This document shows positions 41,328 to 54,604 of a stretch of DNA of 64,000 bases, piece after piece. The position numbers were made by a program, and so were the translations under genes. The DNA is taken from positions 76,942,001 to 77,006,000 of the forward strand of contig OX597815.1 of NCBI GenBank assembly GCA_951406725.2. Direction: 5' to 3'. The stretch comes from Octopus vulgaris (lineage: Eukaryota). The notes beneath the pieces are model-generated. The model made no database searches. It saw only the letters and a program-made list of their open reading frames with translations, and was not told where the DNA came from. How positions within the stretch are numbered: the first letter of the stretch is position 1; each line of letters opens with the position of its first letter.

Positions 41328-42084
41328 GTAAACATATACATACACTTGCACACGCACGCACACACACTCATATATGTGTGTATGTATATAGGTATGCATG
41401 TATCTATGCATGCATGCCTGTAAGTATGTATGTATGTATGTATGTATGTATGTATGTATGTATGTATGTATGTATGTATGTATGTATGTATGTATGTATG
41501 TATTTATGTATGTATAGTATGATGCTTTAAATACATAAATACTTTGTATGAATATTTTTGTAAGACAATAAGAACTCTGTACATCATGATATCTCCAAAC
41601 CAACTGAATAATGGGAATTAGAATTATAATAATGGAATTACATAGTATAAAAAAACATTAAAACACTCGCAAAATACTCAAACACATTTATAAAACCACA
41701 CACGCAATCATTAAAGTTCAAATGTATGAAATTCACAGATAAGGCATTGTACAATGATTCGAATTGCATTATTTATTGCAATGTTAATAAGTGAAATAGT
41801 CGAGAAAGAAGCTTAAGAAATTTCCTATGTTCAGAATTTGATTAAATATTTAGCAGTATACATATAAAATAATTTTGAATAAAATATGATTTATCTTCAT
41901 AAAAAAATCGTTTCTATGTTTCTGAGACCATATATCTTTTGACGTACATATTCTTCACTGACATTATATAGTCTTTGATATTTACACGTAGCAGAATGAA
42001 AATAGAAACTTAAACAACAAAATTTCATCTCATAAACTATATCCAACATATAGTCAAACACACACACACATACGTACGCACACA

Positions 42085-42119
<35 letters not shown>

Positions 42120-42124
42120 ACTCT

Positions 42125-42190
<66 letters not shown>

Positions 42191-42543
42191 GTATATATAT
42201 GTATATATATGTATATATATGCATATATATGTATATATGTATATATATATATATATATACATATATATGCATATATATATATATATATATATATAACATA
42301 TACATACATACATACATACATACATACATACACACACACACATATATATATGTGTGTATGTGTGTTCTGTCTTTGTTGTATTATCTATTTGTTTTTGATA
42401 TTTATGTATTATACCTGTATTTTTCAGTTTTCATCTGTGTGCCGATGTCATGTACATTTAACTCACTATCTACAGTACACGTGGGTGTGTGTGTGTTTGT
42501 GTGTTTATACATATACATACATACATATATATATGTATATCTT

Positions 42544-42845
42544 GGGGGTGGCTTAGTGGTTAGAATATTCGAAGCACGATCGTGAGTTCGATTTCTGTGG
42601 TGCGTTGTGTCGATGAGCAAGACAATTCCTTTCACGTTAATCCAGTCCACTCAACTAACAAAAATGGGTTGCACCTGTAATTCAAAAGGCCAGCTTTGTC
42701 ACATTCTGTATCATGCTGAATCTCCATGAGAAATACGTTAACTGTACGCTTTTCAGTGGAGTGGTCAGCCACCTGCACGTTCATTTCATGAGCAGGGTGT
42801 TCCTTTGATTGGTCCAACTGGAGCCCTCGTCGTCATAACAACCAG
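42544..42845 (+). mobile_element. tRNA-derived SINE (third family)
   Basis: A box TGGCTTAGTGG, B box GTTCGATT, then CORE-like tgagcaagaca...ccagtccactca. Confidence 0.7.
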
Positions 42846-42849
42846 TAAG

Positions 42850-45485
42850 GGGTCGCCTTGAAGAGAGTGTTTAGAGTAGAATCGATACCGCTTAGCAAAG
42901 ATTTAGTCGTAGGAAGAAACAGATTAGAGGGTGAACAGATAGTTAGAAAACTAGAAGAGACGATTAGCGAAGGCATCGTGACCGATGTTTCAGCGGTTAG
43001 AATGGCTTATGACAATTTCTTTGAGGCGAAACACGAAGGATATATTGGCCCATGCGCTAAAACACGGAGGAACTAAAGCCCGTGCGATGGGCCCGAACGG
43101 TAGAGACGAGACGTGGCAATAAAACCACGATCAGGTCTTCGACGGATCAGGACGGGCGAGTGCTATACAGTTTCGAGCAGATGTGTGCCGCTTTCCAGCA
43201 ACACTTTGCACGGCTCTTTGGGGAGGGTGATGGGTCAACGACGGTACTTTACTTCGTACCTGAACGGCCTTCCGCGGTTTTCGGGAGCGTACGCGAGATT
43301 CTGCGAAAAGCCGATTACATCCAATGAATTACAGGAGTCACAAATTGCCTCGGTTTGGATGGCCTACCCTAAGAATTCTATGTCCTCATGCCAGATTTAT
43401 TTGGCAGCCTCTTACAGCCTCTTACAGTAACTAGTAGCAGAACAGGAGAATTAGCTGGGGTGTGGTAACGCTACTGAGAAAGAACGCCAACAATGTGGAC
43501 AAGCTAGGGAATTTTCGGCCCATAACTCTGCTAAGCATAGATTTTAAGATTCTGGTCAAGGTATTAGCGAAAAGGTTGGCGCTTGTTGTCAATAGTCTAG
43601 TCGGAGAGGCACAACCTCTACCTTATGCGATATATTGTAGAGAGGGCTGGGACTACAGCTCGCTTTGGTGAGGCCCTGATCAATTTAGATCATCGAAAGC
43701 ATTCGATAGGGTCGACCATCGTTATTGGAAGCCATCCTTATAGCGGCTGGTTTTAGACCTGTTTTCAGAAGCTGGATTATTGCAATGCACAGCGGCACCT
43801 ATCAGAACCGTTTCGCACCGCATGTTCTGTCCATTAGGGCTGCCCGCTGTTACCTCTTTTGTATGTGCTGGCTCTTGAGCCACTGCTTCAGAAGTTGGAA
43901 CAGTTAAAGATTATGTCGTAAAGGAATTTGTGTCGATTGCAGGGGCCAAGACCAACGCTGACAAGTCGGTAAGATAACGTCGGAGGTTAGACTGACGGAC
44001 CAGTTAAATTGCTTGGGTTCTGGTTCGGTCCCGACCTCCAGTTGGATAAGAATTGGTACGAAGTGACAAACAGGGTAGCCAGTCTTACTCGGAGATGGGC
44101 AGAGAGAAAGCTATCCCTGAAAGGTCGGGCAGAGGAGGCGAATGCCTACATCGCCTCTGTCATCATTTATCGTCCGACCGTCGTGCCTTGCTTCAGTTAC
44201 TGTTTATTTTCTTTAGAAGGGACATATTCCGATGGTCAGATGGTCAATCTGCTGCCAGCTCCCTCTGCATTGCGGCTTATGCATGTCATGGCTTTTGATG
44301 CACAAGTACACATTCCGGTTGCGCCACTTGCAGCGATTTCTAGACGGTGAACATGTGTGGGCCTTGTTTGTGAGACACGTCTTTCCGTTGTAAGACACGT
44401 CTTTCCGTTGTGAGACACGTCTTTCCGTTGTGAGACGTCTTTAACGGAGCTGCAGTCCTGGGTGAAGGAGAGACCGAGATTGGGCGCTGGCACCTGGAAT
44501 ATCGTCAGGTGCTCACAGTCCTCTACCAGTTGTGCAATAGGATGTTCCACTTTAGTTATATATAGAGCATTAGTAGCAGGGAAGCGCGACGACGTTCTCG
44601 GGGAGATACTGGGCGTCGACGAAAAAGTACTGGCTAGTCTGTTCCAGAGGACTTTCCGGTCGAGAGTAACTATGGATAATTTCCAGATGTCTTTGGCCTG
44701 ACAGTGTAACTGGGTGTGGGAAGCGCTATTGGGGAGCGCTACTGGTTCGAGATAAACTCTACAGGCATGGATGTACTATCAGATAGGCTTGTCCGAGGTG
44801 TGCGCAGAGAGACGAAGCCGTTCTGCAAACACTCGTTCAGTGTCCGGACAATGCTGACTTGTGTAGTAATGTCGAACAGCTGCTGTCGCCTGTGGTATGG
44901 ATCCGTCTGTCGGCCGAGTTCATGGTGATGATTGCTCTGCCGCCCTCCTTTATTTGGGTAGGCCTGGCTGTTTTTCTTTGCCTGGTGGTTGTGGCAAAAG
45001 AGGCTGAAAGGAAATGAGGACAGACACATTCCTTTTTGGTAAAACCTTCATCAATTTTTTCAAGTTTCAATTAAATAGGAAAGTGACGGTGGAGAGATAG
45101 ATGCTGTCCCCAAATGAAGTTATAAATAAGGCTGGTGAAAGTTGCGAAAATGGCAAGAATGGGTGGTACCGATCTAAGTGTAGACCTGTAAGTCGGAGGA
45201 AAAGAGTTAGAGAGGGCGCTTGACTTTGGTATTCAGAGACATCTTGGATGGTGGGGGTCCTTCGATTATACCTAGAGGTCCTCCTTTTTCAAGAGGACCT
45301 CATCACTATCACCTTTTTTTATTCTCTTACTGTCATATACTATGTATACTTCCCTTCTTCTAATGTATACCGGGTATACTTTTTTAAATCATTTCATTAT
45401 ATGTAAACCACAACACCTTATGTCGGTCTTTGTATTGTTCCTTCATCCTTTGCCCTGGTGGAAAATAAAAGGAATCACCATCATC
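42850..45485 (+). mobile_element. L1/Tx1-clade LINE, 5'-truncated and decayed
   Basis: NFRPITLLSIDFKILVKVLAKRL, KAFDRVDH, WAERKLSLKGRA, CPRC...QCP knuckle, AATAAA near the end; internal 20-bp triplication at 44372-44435. Confidence 0.88.
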
Positions 45486-45505
45486 GTTATTATTATTATT
45501 ATTAT

Positions 45506-46445
45506 TCAGTAGTTTTATTTTTTATAGCGTGCTTTCACTTCACTACCGAGCGCAGCTCTGTGTGCCTTGGGTATGTGCTGTGATTTGTTGTGATGCTCTG
45601 ATGGTTATTGTATGGAAAGTGTTCTGCGTAGGATGTGTGCATTGCCTAGTAGTGCAATTTTCTGTATGTTATATGTGTTTGTAAGTCCTGGTGTTTTTGT
45701 TATGTATTTGTCTGAATATTTTTTATCATGCCTAATGCACCTACTATGATAGGAATTGTTTCTGTTTTTAGATTCCACATTCTGGTTACCTCCATTCCCA
45801 GGTCTTTGTATTTTGAAAGTTTCTCCATTTCTTTTAGAGACACGTTGTCATCTGCCGGTATTGATACATCAATTAGAAAGCATTTTTTCTTTCATGATCT
45901 CTGACAACTATATCTGGTCTGTTGGCCTTAATTTCTCTATCTGTGTGTATCGGCATATCCCAGAGTATGGTTGCTTTCTCGTTTTATGTGACCTTTTCTG
46001 GTGTGTGCCTATACCATCTTTTTTCTGTTGTTATTCCATAATGTTGGCATAGCTTCCAGTGTATGTAGGTTCCAACTCTGTCATATCTGTGAATATATTC
46101 CTTCTTAGCCAGGACTGGGCAGCCAGAGATAATATGATTTATTGTTTCTTGTCCATCTCCACATATTCTGCAGTTACTTGTTATATTTCTTTTCATTACA
46201 TGTTTTTGGTAATTTCATGTGGGGAGGCTTTGGTCTTGTGCTGCAATTAAAAATCCCTCTGTCTCTGCTTTGAGTCCTGAGCTTCTCAACCATTGCTGGG
46301 ATTTTTCTTTGTCTATTTCTTTTGCATTTAGTTTAGTCCAGTATTTACCGTGGAGGGGTTTTTCTTGCCATCGTTTTATCATGGTTCGTTGCTGTTCTAG
46401 TTTTAGTTTGTATTTCTTTGTTTTATAGCTTTTGTTGTTTCTTCA
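45506..46445 (-). mobile_element. R4/Dong-like LINE 3' part, ending in (TAA)n
   Basis: CRICGDGQETINHIISGC...KEYIHRYD (CCHC), NRPDIVV, QKIALLGNAHILRRTL*, 3' UTR then TAA repeats. Confidence 0.9.
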
Positions 46446-46573
46446 TAATGTATACCGGGTATACTTTGTTTTAAATCATTTCATTATATGTAAACCACAA
46501 CACCTTATGTCAGTCTTTGTATTGTCCCTTCATCCTTTGCCCTGGTGGAAAATAAAAGGAATTCCCCATCATC

Positions 46574-46632
<59 letters not shown>

Positions 46633-46636
46633 CATT

Positions 46637-46686
<50 letters not shown>

Positions 46687-46690
46687 TATT

Positions 46691-46902
46691 AAGGCGACGA
46701 GTTGGCAGAATCGTTAGCACACTGGGCGAAATGCTTAGCGGTATGTCGCCCGTAGCTACGTTCTGAGTTCAAATTCCGCCTAAGTCGACTTTGCTTTTCA
46801 CCCTTTCGGGGTCGATAAATTAAATACCAATAAAACACTGAGGTCAATGTAATCGAATAGTCCCGTTTCCCCAAATTTCAGACTTTGTGCCTTCAGTAGA
46901 AA
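46691..46902 (+). mobile_element. SINE family A inserted in (TTA)n
   Basis: A and B boxes, conserved core, TTA repeats on both sides. Confidence 0.9.
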
Positions 46903-46917
46903 TTATTATTATTATTA

Positions 46918-47028
<111 letters not shown>

Positions 47029-47050
47029 TCATTATTATTATTATTATTAT

Positions 47051-47607
47051 AGAGTAAGAGAGTAGTGCATTCCATCAAAGTGACACTGGGGTAGAATATA
47101 TGAAGCCCAGTATACTCATCATGCCTACCCGTCTGATAGGGGTAAACCAGGCACATGAATCACAACTACATGTGCACGATATGGTGATCTTATATCAAGA
47201 TTAACAGCGCATTACCTTGCAGGTGGGGCCCAGTTAGAATTTTCTTCAGGTCGAGTAGCCCATTCCGCTCAAAAGGTCCGTGAATAAGGGTTGTTTAAGT
47301 ATGATAAACGAAACACCCATGTTTCCAGAGGTGAATTATCCAACCCCAAAGAACTCCTCTCAACACATGGCCATGATGCTCCCCCGCTACTTCTGCTCGT
47401 GATCAGAGATGCACATATCGTCAGCCACTAAGGGACATGCTAAACTGGTTATGGTCAAACAACTGACAGGTAAATATGTGGTATTGAGCCGAATGTTTGT
47501 TGTAGCTCATCTTTTATACCATGACAAAACTATGTACATGATAACATTTCCAATCAGTTAAGATGAGAAGGCATGAAAGCCAGTGCCTGGTACTACATCA
47601 GGGCATT
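47051..47607. mobile_element. ~555 bp non-coding (TTA)n-embedded element, family C (partial copies 48505, 52102/52405, 54418)
   Basis: Shared terminus ...ccaatcagttaagat.agaag.catga.agcca.tgcctggtact.catcagggca followed by TTA repeats in four copies. Confidence 0.85.
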
Positions 47608-47615
47608 TATTATTG

Positions 47616-47682
<67 letters not shown>

Positions 47683-47760
47683 CATTTTTATTATTATTTT
47701 CATTATCATCTTTCAATTCTGTTTCCATTTCTTACCGAGTGTCTTCCTAACACCATTATT

Positions 47761-48345
47761 ATTATTATCTCCGCCTTAGCGAAGTCGGAAGTATTGTTTT
47801 CAGCCATGTTTGTTTGCTTTTTTTGTCCGTGGACAAGATATTTCAAGAACCACTGGATGGATTCGGATAAAACTTTCAGGGATGTTTGGCGTCGTGGCTG
47901 TCGCAAACTGATTAGCTTTTGGGGTCGATTCGGTACAGGGCAAGGATTCTGGATTATTTGTTATATTTACTTTACATAAAGTATTACGATTTTACGTTGA
48001 ATTTCAGGTCTCTCTCTGATTATGTCCCTTGAAAGCACTTTCATGGTTTTCACGTAAGTTATGGCGGCGTTGCTATTTCCAAAGTGTTATTTTCGTTTCT
48101 TTAGTATTAATTTTACTCGCGTCTCTATCTTAGTAGAAACTAATGGATGTAGAAATCAAACTACATAAATAAACAACAAAACCGTTCAGAAATTAAAAAA
48201 AACACTAACATATTCAGTAACAATAATAAATTTAATTTATCGTCGACAATTTTTAGTTTTACCAATGTTGAATATATCGCTGCTGTTTAAAACATCTTAG
48301 CCGCTTAACAATTGCATTTCTAGATCTGCCTTGAAGGAAGCTTTA
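47761..48345 (+). mobile_element. Helentron-type non-autonomous element (HINE/DINE-like), tentative
   Basis: Begins ttattatCTCCGCCttagc...cggaagtattgtttt, GTTT repeat, actggatggattcggataaaact; degenerate complementary subterminal motif near 48329. Confidence 0.5.
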
Positions 48346-48504
48346 CTTCTTAGACTCACATTTTTGTGCGCAACGATGTTGTTAAACCTCCGTTAACTGC
48401 ACCGTATGCAGGTCCTTTCCGGTTTCTTTCACGCACGGATAAATTTTTCCCTATAGACTTTAATGGTCGTAAAGATATTATATCAGTGGATAGGCTAAGA
48501 AAGC
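48346..48504 (+). mobile_element. Ty3/gypsy integrase GPY/F domain fragment
   Basis: HIFVRNDVVKPPLTAPYAGPFRFLSRTDKFFPIDFNGRKDIISVDRLRK. Confidence 0.8.
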
Positions 48505-48590
48505 TGTCCCATCTTTTATACCAAGACAAAACAATGTACATGATAACACTTCCAATCAGTTAAGATCAGAAGCCATGAGAGCCACTGCCT

Positions 48591-48753
48591 GGTACTGCAT
48601 CAGGGCATTTATCACTGCCTGGTACTGCATCAGGGCATTTATACTGCATCAGGGCATTGGTACTGCATCAGGGCATTTATACTGCATCAGGGCATTGGTA
48701 CTGCATCAGGGCATTGGTACTGCATCAGGGCATTGGTACTGCATCAGGGCATT
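48591..48753 (+). repeat. Eight tandem copies of the family C terminal motif (TACTGCATCAGGGCATT, ~19-bp period)
   Basis: Counted directly. Confidence 0.95.
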
Positions 48754-48796
48754 TATTATTATTATTATTATTATTATTGTTGTTGTTGTTGTTGTT

Positions 48797-48851
<55 letters not shown>

Positions 48852-49409
48852 TGGCCTTTGCATAGCTTCTAACGCTGGAGATGCACTACAGTGTCAGCTG
48901 TTCACTACCAGTGAACTAAGGTTACACCTTATTTTTCGAGCACCTTCCGGAGTATTCGAGCGGTTCCAAGCAGTGCTGTTTTCTGCAAGTGCTCCACCCT
49001 TATTGTAGCCCCTATTTGTTCCACGTACTTCTCGAGATTTTTGCTCACTGTTCCCAGGGCTCCGACAATTATTGGTATTACTACTACCCTTTTCATCGAC
49101 CACAGCTGCTTAACTTCCCAGGCTAACCTGTCATATTTCTCGACTTTTCTTTCTTCCTTGTTGTCAGCTGGGCATGCTATGTCTATGATCCAGCATAGTT
49201 TGTTTTCTTTCTCAATTAAGACTATGTCCGACTTCCTATTCTCAATCTCATGGTCGCACTGGATCATAAAATCCCATAGGATCTTTGCATTTCTATTTTC
49301 GACGATGCGTTCAGGTTTGTGGTCGTACCAATTTTTTGCTCTGTCAAGTCCATACTCGCTGCAAAGTGTTCTATGGACAAGCCTGGCGATATTGTCGTGG
49401 CGTCTCTTA

Positions 49410-49410
<1 letters not shown>
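48852..49410 (-). mobile_element. R4/Dong-like RLE 3' fragment in (TAA)n/(CAA)n
   Basis: KRRHDNIA, LWDFMIQCDHEIENRKSDIVLI...IDIACP, IVGALG, LQKTALLGTARILRKVL*. Confidence 0.92.
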
Positions 49411-49469
<59 letters not shown>

Positions 49470-49473
49470 CATT

Positions 49474-49529
<56 letters not shown>

Positions 49530-49609
49530 TAGACAAACTTTATGTTAGTTCATATATTTGTGATATATTTCAACTTCTAACGGTTATTTCACTACAGTTT
49601 ACCAGGAAG

Positions 49610-50050
49610 AAAAACACCTTTATCAACTCAATGGTGCTCTCAGAACGAGAATTTTTTTTCTCCACGGTAAACTACTGTGAAATTGCCTTCAGAAGCTAAA
49701 ATATGTCACAAGCATATTTGAACTAACCTAAAGTTTGTTTATTTCTCATCACTGCGTAGTGCTGCAACTACTGTATTTTTCCTGACTGCGCAGTCTGCAA
49801 GCGTATGTCAATCACTAGTACTGACAGCTTCATTATAATGCTACGGCTTTTTTATCAGCCCAGAGTTATCTCGCTTCGTTGCCTCGTATTGAAGAAGGCT
49901 AAAGAGCCAGAAACGCATCTAGGAGTCCGAGAGCGGGCGCCACTAAGCTGATAAAGGTGTTTTTTGCACATTTTACTACAAGCAAGAATGTTTTCTCCAT
50001 GGTTAACTGCAGCAAAATTGCCTTTAGGAGTTAAAATATATCACATAATT
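49610..50050 (+). mobile_element. Non-coding pLTR/retrozyme-like unit with degenerate hammerhead (49882-49924)
   Basis: Direct repeat ~49647-49710 / 49984-50045; 49610-49640 is the inverse of 49935-49965; TTGAAGA-A-GGCT-aaag-AGCC-a-GAAACGCATC. Confidence 0.55.
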
Positions 50051-50237
50051 ATGCCACATAACTCAGTTGTTTATTGAGATCTTATCACTTAGCGCTCCTG
50101 AAACTTTGCCTTTCATCCTTTCGGGGTCGATAAATTAAGTAACAGTAAAACACTAGGGTAAATGTAATCGACTAGTCCCCTCCCAAAATTTCAAGTTTAG
50201 TGCCTTTAGAAGAAAGGATTTTTATTATTATTATTAT

Positions 50238-50549
<312 letters not shown>

Positions 50550-50554
50550 CATTA

Positions 50555-50720
50555 TATACTAGTAGCCCACAGTTCACAATTAAACAGAACTCCATATGAC
50601 TTAGTGTGTGTTTTGTTTTCTCTTTGTATCTGTGTTTGTGCTTATCCTAAATGCAGTCTATGTTATAGATGGACAGTATCTAGTAGTTTGCTTTGTGTAT
50701 GTTATGCAGCTGTGCAAAAA
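50555..50720. repeat. Terminus of unclassified (TTA)n-anchored repeat (longer copy from 54601)
   Basis: tatact.gtagcccacagttcacaattaaacagaactcc... near-identical at 54601-54765. Confidence 0.85.
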
Positions 50721-50724
50721 TCCT

Positions 50725-51990
50725 AACATCGGGTTACAAGTAACATTAGATGCCAAGAGCCCTTCTAAGTATCCTAGCTATCGCTAATAACACTGCTTTC
50801 TGGAGCTGTACTAAACTGGGTTTTATGTCTATTTCCTTTATCTATCTGTTTAGATCTTCTTTGGATAGTTCTCAATGCACCTATAACTACTGGGATACAT
50901 TGTGCCCGCACTTTCCATAGTCTCTGTAATTCAATGGCTAGGTCCTGGTACGTTGCTATTTTTTCTATACCCATCATATTGATTTTCTCATCATTTGGGA
51001 CTGTAAAGTTAAGTATCTGGTAATTTTTATTCTCTTTATCTACTACTACTAAATCAGCCCTTCTAGCTTCTCTTACGCTGTCAATTTGAATGCTAAAGTC
51101 CCACAATATGTTGTATGTCTTACGTTCAAGCACCTTACTAGGTTCGTGTCCATACAATTTATTAGTAAGTTCAAATCCTAGCTTTCTACATGACTCCCAG
51201 TGGATTACTCTCCCTAGGTTGTCATGTCTTTTCTTGTATTCTTTCTGAGCCAGCATTTTACATTCACTTACTATGTGAGTAACGCTTTCCTCTTTTGACT
51301 TGCATAACCTACATTGGGAATCTACTTGGTTTTTGTCTATCATAGCTTTTATTCAATTAGTCTTTAATGCTTGATCATGTACAGCTACTAACATCTTGTG
51401 CAGCTACTAGCATCTTGTGCAGCTACTAACATCTTGTGCAGCTACTAACAAACGTTCTGTCTCTCCTTTTCAGCTTTCTGCAACCATAGCCATGTTTTAC
51501 TACTACTATTTACTGCAACTATATTTGGGAATCTACCATGCAACATCTCCTGTCAGTCAAATACTTTCTGTTCTTTTTTTCTGGTTTTTAACTTCGTTCG
51601 GGTTTTTAATTTCCCTGTGTCTTGTTGTGACTGTAGCAGCTTTCAATAAACCCTCTTCACTATTACCTACATAGGAGTCTATATCTACTCCAGCTAACTC
51701 TACGCAGTATTCTACTGATATTAACCCTCTTCCGCCTTCCTTCCTAGGTAAGTATAATCTTGCTACTCCTACCCATGGGTGGAGTCCTCCATTCATACTG
51801 AATTCCTTTCTAGTTCTTCTGTCTAGCTTTGTCCAATCTACGAAAGCTGCTGAGTATCTAAATAATGATACTGCCCAAGAAATTTACAGCCTTCACATTT
51901 AGCTTTGACTTCATTAACTTTCTCGCCCTTCTGATGTACTCCTTTTTCGTTTTCGTTTTCATTTCTATAGTTAGCACTCTGTCAGATTCT
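50725..51990 (-). mobile_element. R4/Dong-like LINE fragment (post-RT, CCHC, RLE)
   Basis: RLYLPRKEGGRGL, CRLCKSKEESVTHIVSEC...EYKKRHD, LWDFSIQ, VIGAL; 5' junction in (TAA)n; 19-20 bp tandem repeat at 51378-51450. Confidence 0.9.
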
Positions 51991-52000
51991 ATTATTATTA

Positions 52001-52043
<43 letters not shown>

Positions 52044-52047
52044 CATT

Positions 52048-52098
<51 letters not shown>

Positions 52099-52662
52099 GT
52101 CGACACTGGTCGTCGTAAAATATACGAAGCCCAATATACCCATCATGACTACCCTGTCTGCTACGACCTGGTCCAAGCTGTCACCCAGACACTCAGACAC
52201 CTCAAATAGCAGCTAGTTGGACGTTTTACTATGAGTGTATTTTATTAGTGGTAGTCATAGGCTGTTGGAAAAGGAAGCCAGAATCAGGGAAGTAAGATTT
52301 TTTTGTTTTATTGCTGGTAGGATCGTTAGTACACTGGGTGAGATGCTTAGCGGTACTTCGTCTGCTTTGGCGCTCTGAATTCAACTTCCGCCGAAGTCGA
52401 CTTTCAACACATGGCTATGATGCTCCCCCACTACTTCTGCTCGTGATCAGAGATGCACATATCGTCAGCCACTAAGGGACATGCTCAACTGGTTAAGGTC
52501 AAACAACTGACAAGCAAATCTGTGGTATTGAGCAGAATATTTGCTGTAGCCCATCTTTTATACCAAGACAAAACACTGTACATGATAACACTTCCAATCA
52601 GTTAAGATCAGAAGCCATGAGAGCCACTGCCTGGTACTGCATCTATTATTATTATTATTATT

Positions 52663-52695
<33 letters not shown>

Positions 52696-52911
52696 GTCGT
52701 CGTCGTCGTCATCATAATTAATGTTGCTGTTGTTGTTTACGCTGTTATTGCTCTGTTTTATACGACCTGGTCCAAGCTGTCACCCAGACACTCAGACACC
52801 TCAAATAGCAGCTAGTTGGACGTTTTACTATGAGTGTATTTTATTAGTGGTAGTCATAGGCTGTTGGAAAAGGAAGCCAGAATCAGGGAAGTGAGATTTT
52901 TGTTTTATTGC

Positions 52912-53260
52912 TGGTAGGATCGTTAGTACACTGGGTGAGATGCTTAGCGGTACTTCGTCTGCTTTGGCGCTCTGAATTCAACTTCCGCCGAAGTCGACTT
53001 TGCCTTTCATTCCTTTTGGAGTCGATAAAATAGGCACCAGTAAAACAGTGGTATCGATGCAATCGACTAGTGCCCTCCCCAATATTTCAGGCCTTGCACC
53101 TTTAGTAGACACGATTATTATTTCAGTTTCCGCCAAGGTCAACTTTGTTTTCATACTTTCGGATTCGGGAAAATAAGTACCAGTTAAACCCTGGGGTCGT
53201 TGTAATCGACTAGCCCCTCCCTTAAACTTCAGGCTTTGTGTCTATTGTAGAAATGATTAA
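52912..53260 (+). mobile_element. SINE family A, one copy plus partial tandem copy
   Basis: Core and tail repeated, then (TTA)n. Confidence 0.85.
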
Positions 53261-53383
<123 letters not shown>

Positions 53384-53439
53384 CATCATTATTATGCTAG
53401 TTCATGTTAATTTAGTGAGCAGGTATTGTATTTCTCTCT

Positions 53440-53672
53440 TTTTTCTTTTTTACTTGTTTCAGTCATTTGACTGCGGCCATGCTGGAGCACCACCTTTTAG
53501 TCGAGCAAATCGACCCCAGGACTTATTCTTTGGAAGCCTAGTACTTATTCTATCGGTCTCTTTTGCCGAACCGCAAAGTTACGTGGACGTAAACAGCATC
53601 GGTTGTCAAGCGATGTTGGGGGAACAAACACAGACACACAAACATATACACATACATACATACATACATACA

Positions 53673-53704
<32 letters not shown>

Positions 53705-53882
53705 TTATTATTTTTTTTTATTATTATTAAGGCGGCGAGCTGGCAGAATCGTTCCAAATCCACTCACAAGGCTTTGGTCGGCCCGAGGCTATAGTAGAAG
53801 ACACTTGCCCAAAGTGCCAAGTTGTGGGACTGAACCCGGAACCATGTGGTTGGTAAACAAGCTACTTACCCCACAGCCACTC
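53440..53882 (-). mobile_element. SINE family B with foreign insert at 53662-53753
   Basis: Matches 19700-20117 except for the inserted block. Confidence 0.9.
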
Positions 53883-53884
53883 CT

Positions 53885-54200
53885 TGATGTTTAGTGACAA
53901 ATCCCCGCATTTTTTTTTTCCTCTATAATCATATCCGGTCTTCTTGCTTCGGTAGTACTGAAGCAAGACCAGATATGATTATAGTCTTCATGGGGAATAT
54001 TTTCTAATTCTAATTTTCTATCACAGCATTTGGTTCGTGTTCATACCACTTTTCTGCTGTTTTTGAAGCTAAGCATTCTGCTAACATCCCAATGCACACT
54101 TTTTTGGCCTAGACAGTAATGTCTGCGCTTATATTCCTTTTAATGATTGATACTTATTTTGTATTCTTTCCTGTAGATTCTACATATGCAGTATGATTGA
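53885..54200 (-). mobile_element. Degraded R4/Dong RLE fragment with fold-back
   Basis: KEYKRRH...VHWDV, EARRPDMII. Confidence 0.7.
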
Positions 54201-54283
54201 ATTTTGCGCATATTTGCCTTCATCAGATTCTTCCTAATTTACTATTCCGCTGCCGCCGCCACTACCTCTTCTCCTCCTCTTCA

Positions 54284-54339
<56 letters not shown>

Positions 54340-54524
54340 TTATTATTTTTTTTTATTATTAAGGCGGCGAGCTGGCAGAATCGTTAGAACGCCGGACTAA
54401 ATGCTTCGCGAGTTTCGCCCATCTTTTATACCAAGACAAAACAATGTACATGATAACACTTCCAATCAGTTAAGATCAGAAGCCATGAGAGCCACTGCCT
54501 GGTACTGCATCAGGGCATAAAACA

Positions 54525-54604
<80 letters not shown>

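Noticed and set aside
48591-48753. Regular repeat array resembling CRISPR
   Set aside because: No unique spacers, no cas genes, eukaryotic context.
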